From contig CAVOWT010000005.1 in assembly GCA_963700235.1 (NCBI GenBank), positions 215,057 through 279,056 on the forward strand: a stretch of 64,000 bases of DNA, given 5' to 3'. Positions 1-9,343 of the stretch are shown here, in pieces. This DNA is from an uncultured Acidimicrobiaceae bacterium (GTDB taxonomy: Bacteria; Actinomycetota; Acidimicrobiia; Acidimicrobiales; RAAP-2). A program made the translations under genes and the position numbers. Positions within the stretch are counted from its first letter, which is position 1. The number at the start of each line of letters is the position of its first letter. The notes under the pieces were generated by a model. That model was not told where the DNA came from. It did no database searches and was given only the letters and a program-made list of their open reading frames with translations.

Positions 1-815
1 AGTAGAACCAGCCGCCCGCGGCCTTCGTGCCGCCGTCGACAGGGATGTTGTGGCCGGTGACGAAGCCCGAGAGGTCCGAGGCCAGGAACAGCGCCACCCG
101 GGCCTGGTCCTCGGGCCACCCCAGCCGCCCCACCGGTGCCCATGACGGCCAGAGGTCCTGGTGGTCCTCGGACCCCGAGAGGTAGTCGACCTGAGGTGTC
201 TGGGTCAGGTCGGGACCGATGCCGTTGACCCGGACGCCGGACCGTCCCACCGACACGGCCAGGCTGGCGGTGAAGTGGGCCACCGCGGCCTTCATGGCCG
301 CATAGACGGGTTCGCCGGGATAGCCGCGCATGCCCTCCACGGAGTGGATGTTGACGATCGAACCCTGTCGACCGCGCCGTCATGCTCCCGAGGAAGGCGC
401 GGGTGGTGGCGAAGACGTGGAACAGGTTCACGTCGTACATGGTCTTCCACGACTCCGGGGTCGACGCCTCGAACCGGACCAGAGGGCGGTAGTCCCCGAC
501 GTTGTTGACCACCACGTCCACGTGCCCGTGCTCGGCCAGTACGTCGGAGGCGAACCGGTCGACGTCATCCGGCGATGTCACGTCGACCACGTGCGCCCGG
601 ACCACACCGCCGTCCCGGCCGATGCTCCGTCGGATGGTCTCGGCCCGCGCCGCGTCCAACTCGGCGATCTCCACCCGGGCGCCATGCCGGGCGAAGAGCT
701 CCGAGACGGCCGCGCCGATCCCGGCACCGCCCCCGGTGACCACGGCCACCTTTCCGTCGAGGAGTCGATTCCAATCCTCGATGGGGGAGACGTTGTCCGG
801 TGTTTGCGAAGGCAT
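1..815 (-). pseudogene. Short-chain dehydrogenase/reductase (SDR); 3-prime end beyond window; one frameshift as sequenced
   Basis: Minus-strand translation from ATG 815 reads MPSQTPDNVSPIEDW..GKVAVVTGGGAGIGAAV (TGxxxGxG), VVNNVG. The frame changes near 372-375, then GSIVNIHSVEG..YAAMKAAV (YxxxK)..GHNIPVDGG runs to the window edge. Confidence 0.8.
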
Positions 816-1049
816 GGTCGAAAGCTCCTTGTCCGGGGACACCTGTTCCTACCCTGTGTGGCCGCTGTCCGCCTCGCCCCCGGCCATTCAGGTCAGCCGG
901 TGGCCGGAGTGCGGAGCGGTTGCCCCCGGGTTCGGTGCCGCGACGGCAGCCGCGGCGCGGGCACCGTCGATCGTGACCATCCACCACTGTCTAATTGGCT
1001 CTGGTTAGGGTTTTTGACCGGGGGAAGTCTTGTCGGAGGAGGTCGTTCC

Positions 1050-1913
1050 ATGGCCCTGGTGTTCATCATCGTGGTGGCCTGGCTCGTCATTCTCGGCCCG
1101 AGCATGTTGAAGCGTCGATCGCGCACCGCCGGCGGCATCAATTCGATCTCCCACTTCCACCGCCAGCTGCGGATCCTCGAGCATTCCGGTCCGGAGCCCA
1201 TCGTGACCCCTGCCTTCCGGCTGCGGTCCGTCGACGGCGCCGCCGCCCCGGGGTCGGATTCCGACCGTCAGACCGGTGGTGGCGCCGCGGCCGCGACGGT
1301 GGCTCCGAAGCTCTCCGTGGTCGGTGCCGACCAGCTGCCCCGTCCGGCGTTGGCCTTCCTGGGCCAGGAGCCGGCCGGTGCGACCTCCGGTCCGCCCGGT
1401 GGCGCCGGAGACGTAGCCGACGGTGCGTGGAACGACGGGCGGTACGACAGGACACCGCGGTACGAACCGCCAGCGCGGTACGAACCGCCAGTGGCCCGAC
1501 CACCGCAGGTGAATGTCCGTGCCCTGGTCCGTCGGCGCCGCCGCGACACACTCGTGATACTCGCCGGTGTGGTCGCCACCACCTTCCTCATCGGATTCAT
1601 CCCCGGGGCCGGATTGGCGTGGGTCGTGACGCTCGTGTCGGCGTTGGCGCTGACGGCGTACGTGGCCATGCTGGTGCGCATGCGGAAGCTCGTCGAGGAG
1701 CGCGGACAGAAGCTCTACCACCTGCGACCCGGCCACGCCCTGCCCTATGACGACGCTCTGCCCTACGACGACGTTCTGTCTCACGACGACAGCCTGTCCT
1801 ACGACGACGTCTTCGATGCCGGCGTGGCCCTGCCGCCGGGCGTGAGCGGCATGCCCGTCCGTGTCAGCGGGCGGTACGCCCACCCCTCCAACCAGGCGGC
1901 CGCCGCCCACTGA
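1050..1913 (+). CDS. Hypothetical membrane protein with short tandem peptide repeats
   Basis: ATG 1050 is in frame with listed ORF 330..1913, whose upstream part overlaps the SDR gene. N-terminal TM MALVFIIVVAWLVILGP and two C-terminal TMs. Repeats PRYEPPARYEPP and ALPYDDALPYDDVLSHDDSLSYDD. No family recognised. Confidence 0.6.
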   Translation: MALVFIIVVAWLVILGPSMLKRRSRTAGGINSISHFHRQLRILEHSGPEPIVTPAFRLRSVDGAAAPGSDSDRQTGGGAAAATVAPKLSVVGADQLPRPALAFLGQEPAGATSGPPGGAGDVADGAWNDGRYDRTPRYEPPARYEPPVARPPQVNVRALVRRRRRDTLVILAGVVATTFLIGFIPGAGLAWVVTLVSALALTAYVAMLVRMRKLVEERGQKLYHLRPGHALPYDDALPYDDVLSHDDSLSYDDVFDAGVALPPGVSGMPVRVSGRYAHPSNQAAAAH

Positions 1914-1945
1914 GCTTGCCGTTCGACCACTGGGTAGGATGCGGC

Positions 1946-2677
1946 ATGACCTCTGACCCGACGCCCCCCACGCCTTCTGCCTCCGCTCCGCTGCCTGCCA
2001 CCGGGCCCACCTACGCCGCCATTGCCGACGCGGTGACCCACGCCGTCGACGGCCGGGCCCTGTTGACGCATCCCTTCTACCAGCGCTGGGAGGCGGGCGA
2101 GCTGGCTCCTGGCGAGCTGGCCGAGTACGCCGTCCACTATCGGGCCTTCGAGGAGGCCCTGCCGCAGATCCTGGCCGTGGTGGTCGGCGACCTCGAGGCG
2201 GGCGGTGAGCACCGGGCGGCGGCCCTCGTGGCCCAGAACCTGGCCGACGAGCTCGGCCGGCCCGAGCCCCATCTGGCCCTCTTCGACCGCTTCGCCGACG
2301 CCATTCCCGCTGAGGCCCCGGTGTCGGCCACGTCGCCCGGGCCGGCGGCCCAGCGGCTGGTGGCGACCTACCGGGACCTGGTGGAGGAGGGACCGGTGGC
2401 GGCACTGGCCGGACTGGCGGCCTACGAGACCCAGGCGTCGCCCATCGCCCACACCAAGGGGGACGGCCTCCGCCGTTGGTACGGCATGGACGAAGAGGGC
2501 ACCGAGTTCTGGGACGTGCACGCGGACATGGACGCCGACCACGGCGACTGGGCCCTCGACGCCCTGGCCCTGCTCGACGCCGACCCCGCCAGGTGGGCCA
2601 GTCGGCCCGGCGCGGTGCTGCGGCCTGGTGGGCCTTCCTCGACGAGCGCCAGGCCGGAGCGGCCCAGGCGGGCCTGA
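1946..2677 (+). CDS. Heme-oxygenase-like fold redox enzyme (PqqC/TenA/CADD-type family)
   Basis: HPFYQRWEAGEL..EYAVHYRAFEEALP..LAAYETQ pattern is typical of this family. Start taken at ATG 1946 with AGGA 8 nt upstream. The last ~30 aa are low complexity, while another frame reads SARRGAAAWWAFLDERQAG, so a C-terminal frameshift is possible. Confidence 0.6.
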   Translation: MTSDPTPPTPSASAPLPATGPTYAAIADAVTHAVDGRALLTHPFYQRWEAGELAPGELAEYAVHYRAFEEALPQILAVVVGDLEAGGEHRAAALVAQNLADELGRPEPHLALFDRFADAIPAEAPVSATSPGPAAQRLVATYRDLVEEGPVAALAGLAAYETQASPIAHTKGDGLRRWYGMDEEGTEFWDVHADMDADHGDWALDALALLDADPARWASRPGAVLRPGGPSSTSARPERPRRA

Positions 2678-2688
2678 GGCCTGGTCGG

Positions 2689-3879
2689 TCAGCCCAGCTC
2701 GGTGCCGACCACCGACACGAACGAGACCATCTCACCGGGGTAGCCGCCGAGGTTGTGGGTGAGGGCCAGCGTCTTGTCGGTGTGGATCTGGCGCTCGGGC
2801 GTGGCCTCGCCGCGGAGCTGCAGCCAGGTCTCGAAGAACATGCGCAGACCCGAGGCCCCCACCGGGTGGCCGAAGCTCTTGAGCCCGCCGTCCGGGTTGA
2901 CGGGCAGCTCGCCGTTCCGGTCGAAGGTGCCGGCCAGGACCTCCTTCCACGCCGTGCCCCGCTCGGCGAAGCCGAGGTCTTCCATGAGCACCAGCTCTGT
3001 GGGCGTGAAGCAGTCGTGGACCTCGGCCATGGCCAGCTGGTGCCGCGGATCGGTGAGGCCGGCCTGGTGGTAGGCGTCCTCGGCGGCGCGTGCGCACTCG
3101 GGGAACCAGGTGTAGTCGTAGTCGGGGTCGTTCAGTCCCGAGCCACTGCCGGCGGAGAACGAGAGCGCCTTGATGTAGAGGGGCGTGTCGGTGTAGCGGA
3201 GAGCGTCCTCGGCCCGGACGACGATGGCGGCGGCGGCACCGTCGGCCACGCCGGCGCAGTCGAACACACCGAGGCGCCCGGCCACCCGAGGCGAGGCGCA
3301 GATGGTCTCGATCGAGACCTCCTTGCGGAACTGGGCCCGCGGGTTCTGGGCCCCGTTCTGATGGTTCTTCCACGAGATCCGGGCCAGTACCTCGGCCAGC
3401 TCGTCCTCACCCACGCCGTACTTCTTTCCGTAGGCCGGGGCCACCATCGAGAACATGGCCGCTGCCGTCAGGGTCCGGGCCGTGCCGTCGCCCGGGATCG
3501 GGAAGGCGTTGAGACCCTGGTAACCGGAGTCTTTGACCTTCTCGGCCCCGACCGCCATGGCCACGTCGTAGGCCCCCGACGCCACGGCGTAGGCCGCGCC
3601 CCGGAGTGCCTCGGATCCCGAGGTGCAGTAGTTCTCGACCCGGGTGACGGGCTTGCCCTCGAGCTGCAGCGGCCGGGCCAGGGTGATCCCGCTCATGCCC
3701 GACTGCGCGGTGCCCAGCCAGTAGGCGTCGACATCGTCCTTGGTCACGCCGGCCGAGGCGAAGGTGTCCTCGGACGCCTCGATGATGAGGTCGTCGAGGC
3801 CCTTGTCCCAGTGCTCGGCGAACCGGGTGCAGCCCATCCCGACGATGGCCACCCGGTCCTTGATCCCATGCGATGCCAT
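2689..3879 (-). CDS. Thiolase, SCP-x / lipid-transfer (archaeal-type acetoacetyl-CoA thiolase-like)
   Basis: 396 aa ORF with VENYCTSGSEAL (nucleophilic Cys), EVHDCF and NPDGGLKSFGHPVGASG motifs characteristic of SCP-x-type thiolases. Confidence 0.85.
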   Translation of the reverse strand: MASHGIKDRVAIVGMGCTRFAEHWDKGLDDLIIEASEDTFASAGVTKDDVDAYWLGTAQSGMSGITLARPLQLEGKPVTRVENYCTSGSEALRGAAYAVASGAYDVAMAVGAEKVKDSGYQGLNAFPIPGDGTARTLTAAAMFSMVAPAYGKKYGVGEDELAEVLARISWKNHQNGAQNPRAQFRKEVSIETICASPRVAGRLGVFDCAGVADGAAAAIVVRAEDALRYTDTPLYIKALSFSAGSGSGLNDPDYDYTWFPECARAAEDAYHQAGLTDPRHQLAMAEVHDCFTPTELVLMEDLGFAERGTAWKEVLAGTFDRNGELPVNPDGGLKSFGHPVGASGLRMFFETWLQLRGEATPERQIHTDKTLALTHNLGGYPGEMVSFVSVVGTELG

Positions 3880-3927
3880 GGTGTGTCTCCTTTTGTGCTC
3901 GGATTCGTCGCGGCAGGCCCGGCCCGG

Positions 3928-5397
3928 TCAGTGCTCGGTGGCGTCCTTGCCGATCTTGCCGTCGGTGCTGTCCCCGGTGAAGCCGGCCCGGACCGGCTTG
4001 GCCTTCCAGAAGTAGTCGTGGATGCCGTCGGCGGTGTACAGCCGGCGGAACGTCATGGTCACCTTGTCCCCGATGTCGACCGTGGCCGGATCGACGTCGG
4101 TGAGCTCCACCGGGTACCGGCCGCCCCCGTCGAAGTCGAGCACGGCGAAGACGATGGGCGGGCTGGCCGAGTAGGACAGGTGGTCGATGGTGTAGGTGGC
4201 GATGGTGGCCTCCGTGTCGGCCCGGTCGATCGGGTCCATGTCGTCGACCGCCCCGCCCTTCATCGAGATGCGGGCCGGTGGTAGGTGGACGGCACCCGAG
4301 GACCGGTCCTCGGATCCGACGAACCCGAACTTCCACTCCTCGTTCCGCCAGGCCGCCGAGGACGACACCCGCTGGGGTTCGGGGCGGCGTGGCGGCTCCG
4401 GGGTGACCATGCCCCGCCAGGTCAGGAACTTTCCGTAGCTGATGTCGGTGGCCGTCCCGATCTGATCGGCCACGGTCTCGACGGCCGACCACGAGGCCAG
4501 GGCGGCGGTGGTGCGGAAGATCAGCACGTCGGCCCCGTCGGCCAGGGACAGGACGGCCACCACCTGCCCGGGCTCCGACGTCTCGATCATGGCCGCCAGG
4601 ACCAGCCCCGGATGGGCCGCCCCGGTCTGGCCCACCGTGGCGGTCAGGTCGTCGGCCAGGGAACCGTCCCGCACCCCGAGCTTGCGGGCCAGGGCCTTGA
4701 CGGCCCGGCCGTGCATGCCCGTCACCGCCACCCGGTCCACCTGGTCGGCGGTGACGCCGGCCGATTTGAGGGCCGACTCCCATGCTGCCGAGCCCAGGGG
4801 GACGTACCGGGTCTCGCCGAACCGCTCCTCCCAGACCTTGGATCTGCGGTCGCCGGCGGTCCGCCACCGGTCGAGGAACTCGTCGGTCACCGAGGCGCCC
4901 CCGAGGTAGTCGGCGATCAGCGGGGAACCCGGACCGTCGTCCCCGACGACCACTGCCGCGGCACCGTCCCCGCCTGCGGCCTCGTCGGGCGACGTGGGCA
5001 GCCCGTCGCGGAGGTCGGACAGGACCACCAGTGTGGTGCCGGTGCCCGTGGCGGCCAGACCGGACCGCAGGGCACCGACCCCGGATCGGAGGGCTCCGCC
5101 GAAGTCGAAGGCGCCGACCTGGGCCGGCTGGCGTAGGGCGGCGTGGATGGTGGTGGCGTTGGTCTTGTCGAGATAGGCCGGGGTGGCGGTGGCGAACCAG
5201 ACGGCCTCGGGGGCCGCCGACGGGGCGGACCGGAGGGCCAGCCGGGCCGCCTCCACCCCCATGGTGGTGGTGTCCTCGTCGTGGGAGGCCACCGACCGTG
5301 TGCCCTTGCCGCCACCGGAGCCGAACAGCTGGCTCACGGCGGAGCGCTGCAGGCGTCGATAGGGGACGTATCCGGCGATACTGACGATGCCTCTCAT
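3928..5397 (-). CDS. HMG-CoA synthase/KASIII-like domain fused to a DUF35-type OB-fold domain; contains no cysteine
   Basis: ORF 3928..5421; start preferred at ATG 5397 (AGGA 7 nt upstream). N-terminal IVSIAGYVPYRRL..SHDEDTTTMGVEAA is HMGCS-like. C-terminal ..IATYTIDHL..PPIVFAVLDFDGGGRYPVELTDV..GDKVTMTFRR is DUF35 OB-fold-like. No Cys appears anywhere in the translation. Confidence 0.7.
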   Translation of the reverse strand: MRGIVSIAGYVPYRRLQRSAVSQLFGSGGGKGTRSVASHDEDTTTMGVEAARLALRSAPSAAPEAVWFATATPAYLDKTNATTIHAALRQPAQVGAFDFGGALRSGVGALRSGLAATGTGTTLVVLSDLRDGLPTSPDEAAGGDGAAAVVVGDDGPGSPLIADYLGGASVTDEFLDRWRTAGDRRSKVWEERFGETRYVPLGSAAWESALKSAGVTADQVDRVAVTGMHGRAVKALARKLGVRDGSLADDLTATVGQTGAAHPGLVLAAMIETSEPGQVVAVLSLADGADVLIFRTTAALASWSAVETVADQIGTATDISYGKFLTWRGMVTPEPPRRPEPQRVSSSAAWRNEEWKFGFVGSEDRSSGAVHLPPARISMKGGAVDDMDPIDRADTEATIATYTIDHLSYSASPPIVFAVLDFDGGGRYPVELTDVDPATVDIGDKVTMTFRRLYTADGIHDYFWKAKPVRAGFTGDSTDGKIGKDATEH

Positions 5398-5666
5398 CGG
5401 CTGTCCTGACGGTGCTCTCATCGGGCGGTCTCATCGGTGGGTTCGTCCCTTTCACGGTCTGTGGGCTCCGGCGGTGTCGGTGTGGCCTACGGCGTCGAAG
5501 GTGCAGGTCAAACCCACGCCCTTGTCCGCTCCCCGTGGCCGACCGGTCCGGCGGGAGGAAGACGTTGGCCCGGGGTGCCCTCTCATCCTATGATGTCCAC
5601 AGTATCTGACGGTCAGTCAGGAAACCACCGCGGCGCCCGCCGCATCGGCACGATGGAGGCCACGCC

Positions 5667-6848
5667 ATGGACTTCGAGTTCACCCCCGAACAGCTCGAAT
5701 TCATCAAAGAGGTCGAGGAATTCCTCGACGCCAACGACGATCCCGAAGTCTTCGATCTCACCCGCGAGAACATGGCCCAGATCGTGGACACCCCGCTGCG
5801 ACGGGCCTTCATGGCCAGGGTCGGGGAGCAGGGCTGGCTCGGGATCACCTGGCCCGAGGAGTACGGGGGCAAGAACGGCGAGGGAATCTACGAGTACCTG
5901 TTGAACGAGGCCCTGGCCGCCCGGGGGGGCCCGCAGATCGGCAAGGGCGTCGGCATCATCGGCAAGACCATCATCAGCCACGGCAGCGACACCCTGAAGC
6001 AGGAGTTCCTCCCGAAGATCCTGCGCAACGAGGTCGAGTTCGCCGTCGGCTACTCCGAGCCCAACGCCGGCTCGGACGCAGCATCCATGCAGTTGAAGGC
6101 GACCAAGGTCGACGGCGGTTGGCGCCTCAACGGGCAGAAGACCTGGACCACCTCGGCCCACTTCGCCGACTGGTACTGGGTGGGGGCCCGCACCGATCCG
6201 GACGCGCCCAAGCACTACGGGATCACGTTGTTCCTCGTGCCGATGGACCACCCGGGGATCACGGTCAAGGGCATCTGGACCATGGGGGACGAGCGGACCA
6301 ACGAGGTCTATCTGGACGACGTCTTCGTTCCCGACGACTACGTGGTGGGGGAGTTGAACAAGGGGTTCCAGTACATCTCCGAAGCCCTGGACCTCGAGCG
6401 GTTCACGCTGTTCACCTACTCGCCCATCGCCCAGCGTCTGGACCTCCTGACCGAGTACGTGAAGGGCGCCACCCGCGACAGTGAGCCGCTGAAGGACGAC
6501 GCCGTGATCCGCTCGAAGATCGCGCACCTCCACACCGAGGCAGAGGTGGCCCGGGTGCTCGGCCTCAAGTTCGTGTTCGCCTCCTCCCAGGGCGGGGCCC
6601 CGCCGACCTCGGAGGCATCCGAGTACAAGCTGTTCACGACGGAGTACTCGCGGCGGCTGGCCAACGCGTCGATGGACATCGGGGGCCCCGGTGCCCAGCT
6701 GCGGGTCCGGGACGAGGACGCCCCGATGGCGGGCCGGTCCGAGTCGACGTACCGCTACACGGTGATCGACACCATCGGCGGCGGGGCGTCGGAGATCCAG
6801 AAGAACATCATCGCCCGTCGCAAGCTCGGCCTGCCGAAGAACTTCTGA
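5667..6848 (+). CDS. Acyl-CoA dehydrogenase
   Basis: 393 aa: MDFEFTPEQLEF.., GYSEPNAGSD, TWTTSAHFADW, LDLERF, C-terminal GGGASEIQKNIIARR. Typical ACAD architecture (LCAD/IVD-like C-terminus). Confidence 0.85.
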   Translation: MDFEFTPEQLEFIKEVEEFLDANDDPEVFDLTRENMAQIVDTPLRRAFMARVGEQGWLGITWPEEYGGKNGEGIYEYLLNEALAARGGPQIGKGVGIIGKTIISHGSDTLKQEFLPKILRNEVEFAVGYSEPNAGSDAASMQLKATKVDGGWRLNGQKTWTTSAHFADWYWVGARTDPDAPKHYGITLFLVPMDHPGITVKGIWTMGDERTNEVYLDDVFVPDDYVVGELNKGFQYISEALDLERFTLFTYSPIAQRLDLLTEYVKGATRDSEPLKDDAVIRSKIAHLHTEAEVARVLGLKFVFASSQGGAPPTSEASEYKLFTTEYSRRLANASMDIGGPGAQLRVRDEDAPMAGRSESTYRYTVIDTIGGGASEIQKNIIARRKLGLPKNF

Positions 6849-6938
6849 TCGCGCCCTGACCGCCGTGACCGAAACACACCCCCAGACGCTGCCGTCGCGC
6901 TCTCGCCGACACCCGCTGCCGTCGCGCCCGGCGGCCCG

Positions 6939-8147
6939 GTGGGCCCGATGAGCCCGGCCCACCCCGGGGGCCCCCTCACCGGCATCACCGTGCTCGATCT
7001 GGCCAGCGTGGGCCCGGCGGCCCGGTGTACGCGGCTGTTGGCCGACTACGGAGCCACCGTGGTCAAGGTGGGCGCGGTCCCGGGCCGCGGCGCGGCACCC
7101 ATCCAGCCGCCGTTCTACGCCTACAGCGGGTCGCGCTATCTCCGGCGCACCGCCATCGACCTGAAGGAGCCCGAGGGCCGCGAGGTGCTCCTCACCCTGG
7201 CGGCCACGGCCGACGTGGTGGTCGAGAGCTTCCGCCCGGGTGTGGTCGACCGACTGGGGATCGGCTACGCCGACCTGTGTGCGGTGAACCCCCGGATCAT
7301 CCTGTGCTCGACCACCGGGTACGGCCAGACGGGGCCGCACGCGGCGTGGGCCGGGCACGACATCAACTACCTGGCCGTGGGGGGCTACCTGGCCACCACC
7401 GAGCCCCGGTCCGACGGCGGGCCACCGGTGTCGGGCGCCACCATCGCCGACGCGGCCGGCGGCGGCATGCAGGCGGCCCTGGCCGTCATGTCTGCGCTCA
7501 TCGGTCGGGGACACGACGGTCCCGGTAGCCATCTCGACGTGTCCATCGCCGACGGCGTGCTCTGGATCACCTCGCTGGCCGTGGACGAGCACCTGGCCAC
7601 CGGGGAACCGGTGGGGCCCGGCCACAACATCATCACCGGCCGGTACGCCTGCTACGACACGTACCAGGCCGCCGACGGCGGATGGCTGGCCGTCGGTGCC
7701 ATCGAGGCCAAGTTCTTCGCCAACCTCTGCCGGCTGCTCGGCTGTGAGCAGTGGATCCCACACCAGCTGGACGACGGGGCCCAGGACAAGATCCGGGCGG
7801 ACTTCCGGTCCGCCTTCGCCACCCGGCCCCGCCAGGACTGGGTGGACGTGCTGGCCGGGGCCGACACCTGCGTGACCCCGGTGCTGTCCGTGGACGAGCT
7901 GGTCGACGACGAGCAGTACGAGGCCCGGGGGGCCATCGTGGAGGCGGTCGTCGAGAAGGGCAGCGAAACCCCGAGGCGGTTCCGTCAGGTGGGCCCGCTG
8001 CTGGCCGGCATGGTGGCCCCGAGCGGTCCGATCGAGGTGGCCGACGCCACCGACCCGGCCGGCACCGACACCGACCGGCTGCTGGGTGACGCCGGCCTCA
8101 CGCCGCAGCGCATCAGCGAGCTACGGGACAAGGGGGTGGTGGCGTGA
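6939..8147 (+). CDS. Family III CoA-transferase (CaiB/BaiF; alpha-methylacyl-CoA racemase-like)
   Basis: GPLTGITVLDLASVGPAARCTRLLADYGATVVKV and GHDINYLAVGG motifs. 402 aa; alternative start ATG 6948. Confidence 0.8.
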   Translation: MGPMSPAHPGGPLTGITVLDLASVGPAARCTRLLADYGATVVKVGAVPGRGAAPIQPPFYAYSGSRYLRRTAIDLKEPEGREVLLTLAATADVVVESFRPGVVDRLGIGYADLCAVNPRIILCSTTGYGQTGPHAAWAGHDINYLAVGGYLATTEPRSDGGPPVSGATIADAAGGGMQAALAVMSALIGRGHDGPGSHLDVSIADGVLWITSLAVDEHLATGEPVGPGHNIITGRYACYDTYQAADGGWLAVGAIEAKFFANLCRLLGCEQWIPHQLDDGAQDKIRADFRSAFATRPRQDWVDVLAGADTCVTPVLSVDELVDDEQYEARGAIVEAVVEKGSETPRRFRQVGPLLAGMVAPSGPIEVADATDPAGTDTDRLLGDAGLTPQRISELRDKGVVA

Positions 8148-8701
8148 GCGGGATCGGCGAGGCCGACGTCGCCGGACTGATCGGCGTGGAGCAGTACGAG
8201 GAGCGGGGCGAGTTCCCCGTGGAGCAGGGATACGTGTGGACCACCTGCTCTTCGGTGGAGAACGCCAACCCGCTCTTCTGGGACGAGGTGGTGGCCGACG
8301 AGGTGACCGGTGGCCCGATCGCCCCCCCGACCATGGTGTCGGTGTGGTTCCGCCCCCACCACTGGGCGCCCGGGCGGACCACCCAGGGACTTCCCCTCCA
8401 GATCCACTTCGACCTCAAAGAGGGGCTCGGCCTTCCCGAGGCGGTCATGAGCGACAACACCATCATCTTCCACGAGCCGGTCCGCCCGGGCGACCGGCTG
8501 GTGACCCGCCAGATCCTCCGGTCGGTCAGCGAGCCCAAGACCACCCGGTTGGGCACCGGTCGCTTCTGGGTCATCGACGTCGAGTACAAGAACCAACGGG
8601 ACGAGCTGGTGGCGGTCGAGAGCTACACCGGGTTCGGCTACCGGCGGAATCCCGTTGGAGCCGACGCTCCGCCGAACCCGGGATCGGAGGACCGGACGTG
8701 A
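8144..8701 (+). CDS. Hotdog-fold dehydratase subunit (FAS1-like/MaoC N-terminal type)
   Basis: 185 aa ORF. Its start overlaps the preceding stop (8144-8147) and its TGA overlaps the GTG of the next gene (GTGA at 8698-8701), indicating translational coupling. Confidence 0.6.
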   Translation: MSGIGEADVAGLIGVEQYEERGEFPVEQGYVWTTCSSVENANPLFWDEVVADEVTGGPIAPPTMVSVWFRPHHWAPGRTTQGLPLQIHFDLKEGLGLPEAVMSDNTIIFHEPVRPGDRLVTRQILRSVSEPKTTRLGTGRFWVIDVEYKNQRDELVAVESYTGFGYRRNPVGADAPPNPGSEDRT

Positions 8702-9183
8702 GTGCCACCGTCACCCGCCGCCTGCTCGACACGGTCTCGGTCGGGGACGAGCTGCCCGAGCTGGCCTACCCGGTCACGGCCACGACGGTGGTGCTCGGCG
8801 CGCTGGCGTCCCGTGACTGGCGTCCGATGCACCACGACAAGGACTTTGCCGTCAACCGCAACGGCACCCAGGACATCTTCCTCAACACACCGAACCTGGC
8901 CGCCTGGTTCGAACGCTTCATCACCGACTGGACCGGTCCCTACGGTCGACTGCAGCGGGTGACGTTCCGCATGCTCGGCTCCATCTTCCCCGGGGACACC
9001 ATGGTCTTCCGTGGCTCCGTCACCGACACCGGTGTGGACGACACCGGCTGTGGATGGGTGGCCATCGACATCTCGGTGTCGGTGGATGACGACGCCAAGA
9101 CCACGTGTGCGGCGAGGGTGGCCCTGCCGGTGACCGAGGACGACAATCCGTGGGAGCGGAAGGGGGACCGGTGGCAGCCGTGA
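8698..9183 (+). CDS. MaoC-like (R)-specific enoyl-CoA hydratase subunit (hotdog fold)
   Basis: GTG 8698 in frame with ORF 8086..9183. VGDELPELAYPVT..ASRDWRPMHHDKDFA..GTQDIFLNTPN is the MaoC dehydratase pattern. Confidence 0.7.
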   Translation: MSATVTRRLLDTVSVGDELPELAYPVTATTVVLGALASRDWRPMHHDKDFAVNRNGTQDIFLNTPNLAAWFERFITDWTGPYGRLQRVTFRMLGSIFPGDTMVFRGSVTDTGVDDTGCGWVAIDISVSVDDDAKTTCAARVALPVTEDDNPWERKGDRWQP

Positions 9184-9343
9184 CCGCCGAAGCCGGCCCC
9201 AGCACCGGCGGCTCCACCATGTGCGGGGTGCCAGCGCGCTTCCACGCACTGAGCCGTCACAGGACGAGCCGCTACCGAACCTGCCGCCACCGACCCGACC
9301 TGCGCCTGACGCCATTCGCACCACCCGAACAGGAGACCTGATC

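Noticed and set aside
2560-2677. C-terminal frameshift in the PqqC/TenA-like gene
   Set aside because: The alternative frame (..SARRGAAAWWAFLDERQAG..) looks more protein-like than the annotated tail. However, it does not terminate before running into the thiolase gene on the opposite strand, so I could not define a consistent gene model. It is left as a note on the feature.
1005-2735. Very long ORFs with Arg/Pro/Gly-rich translations (1005..2735 -, 2476..4284 +, 3407..5455 -, 5613..7763 -, 19641..22097 -, 21098..22363 - upstream part, and others)
   Set aside because: They overlap well-supported genes on the opposite strand or in another frame, and they have low-complexity composition. This is the usual stop-codon-poor shadow ORF effect in ~70% GC DNA.
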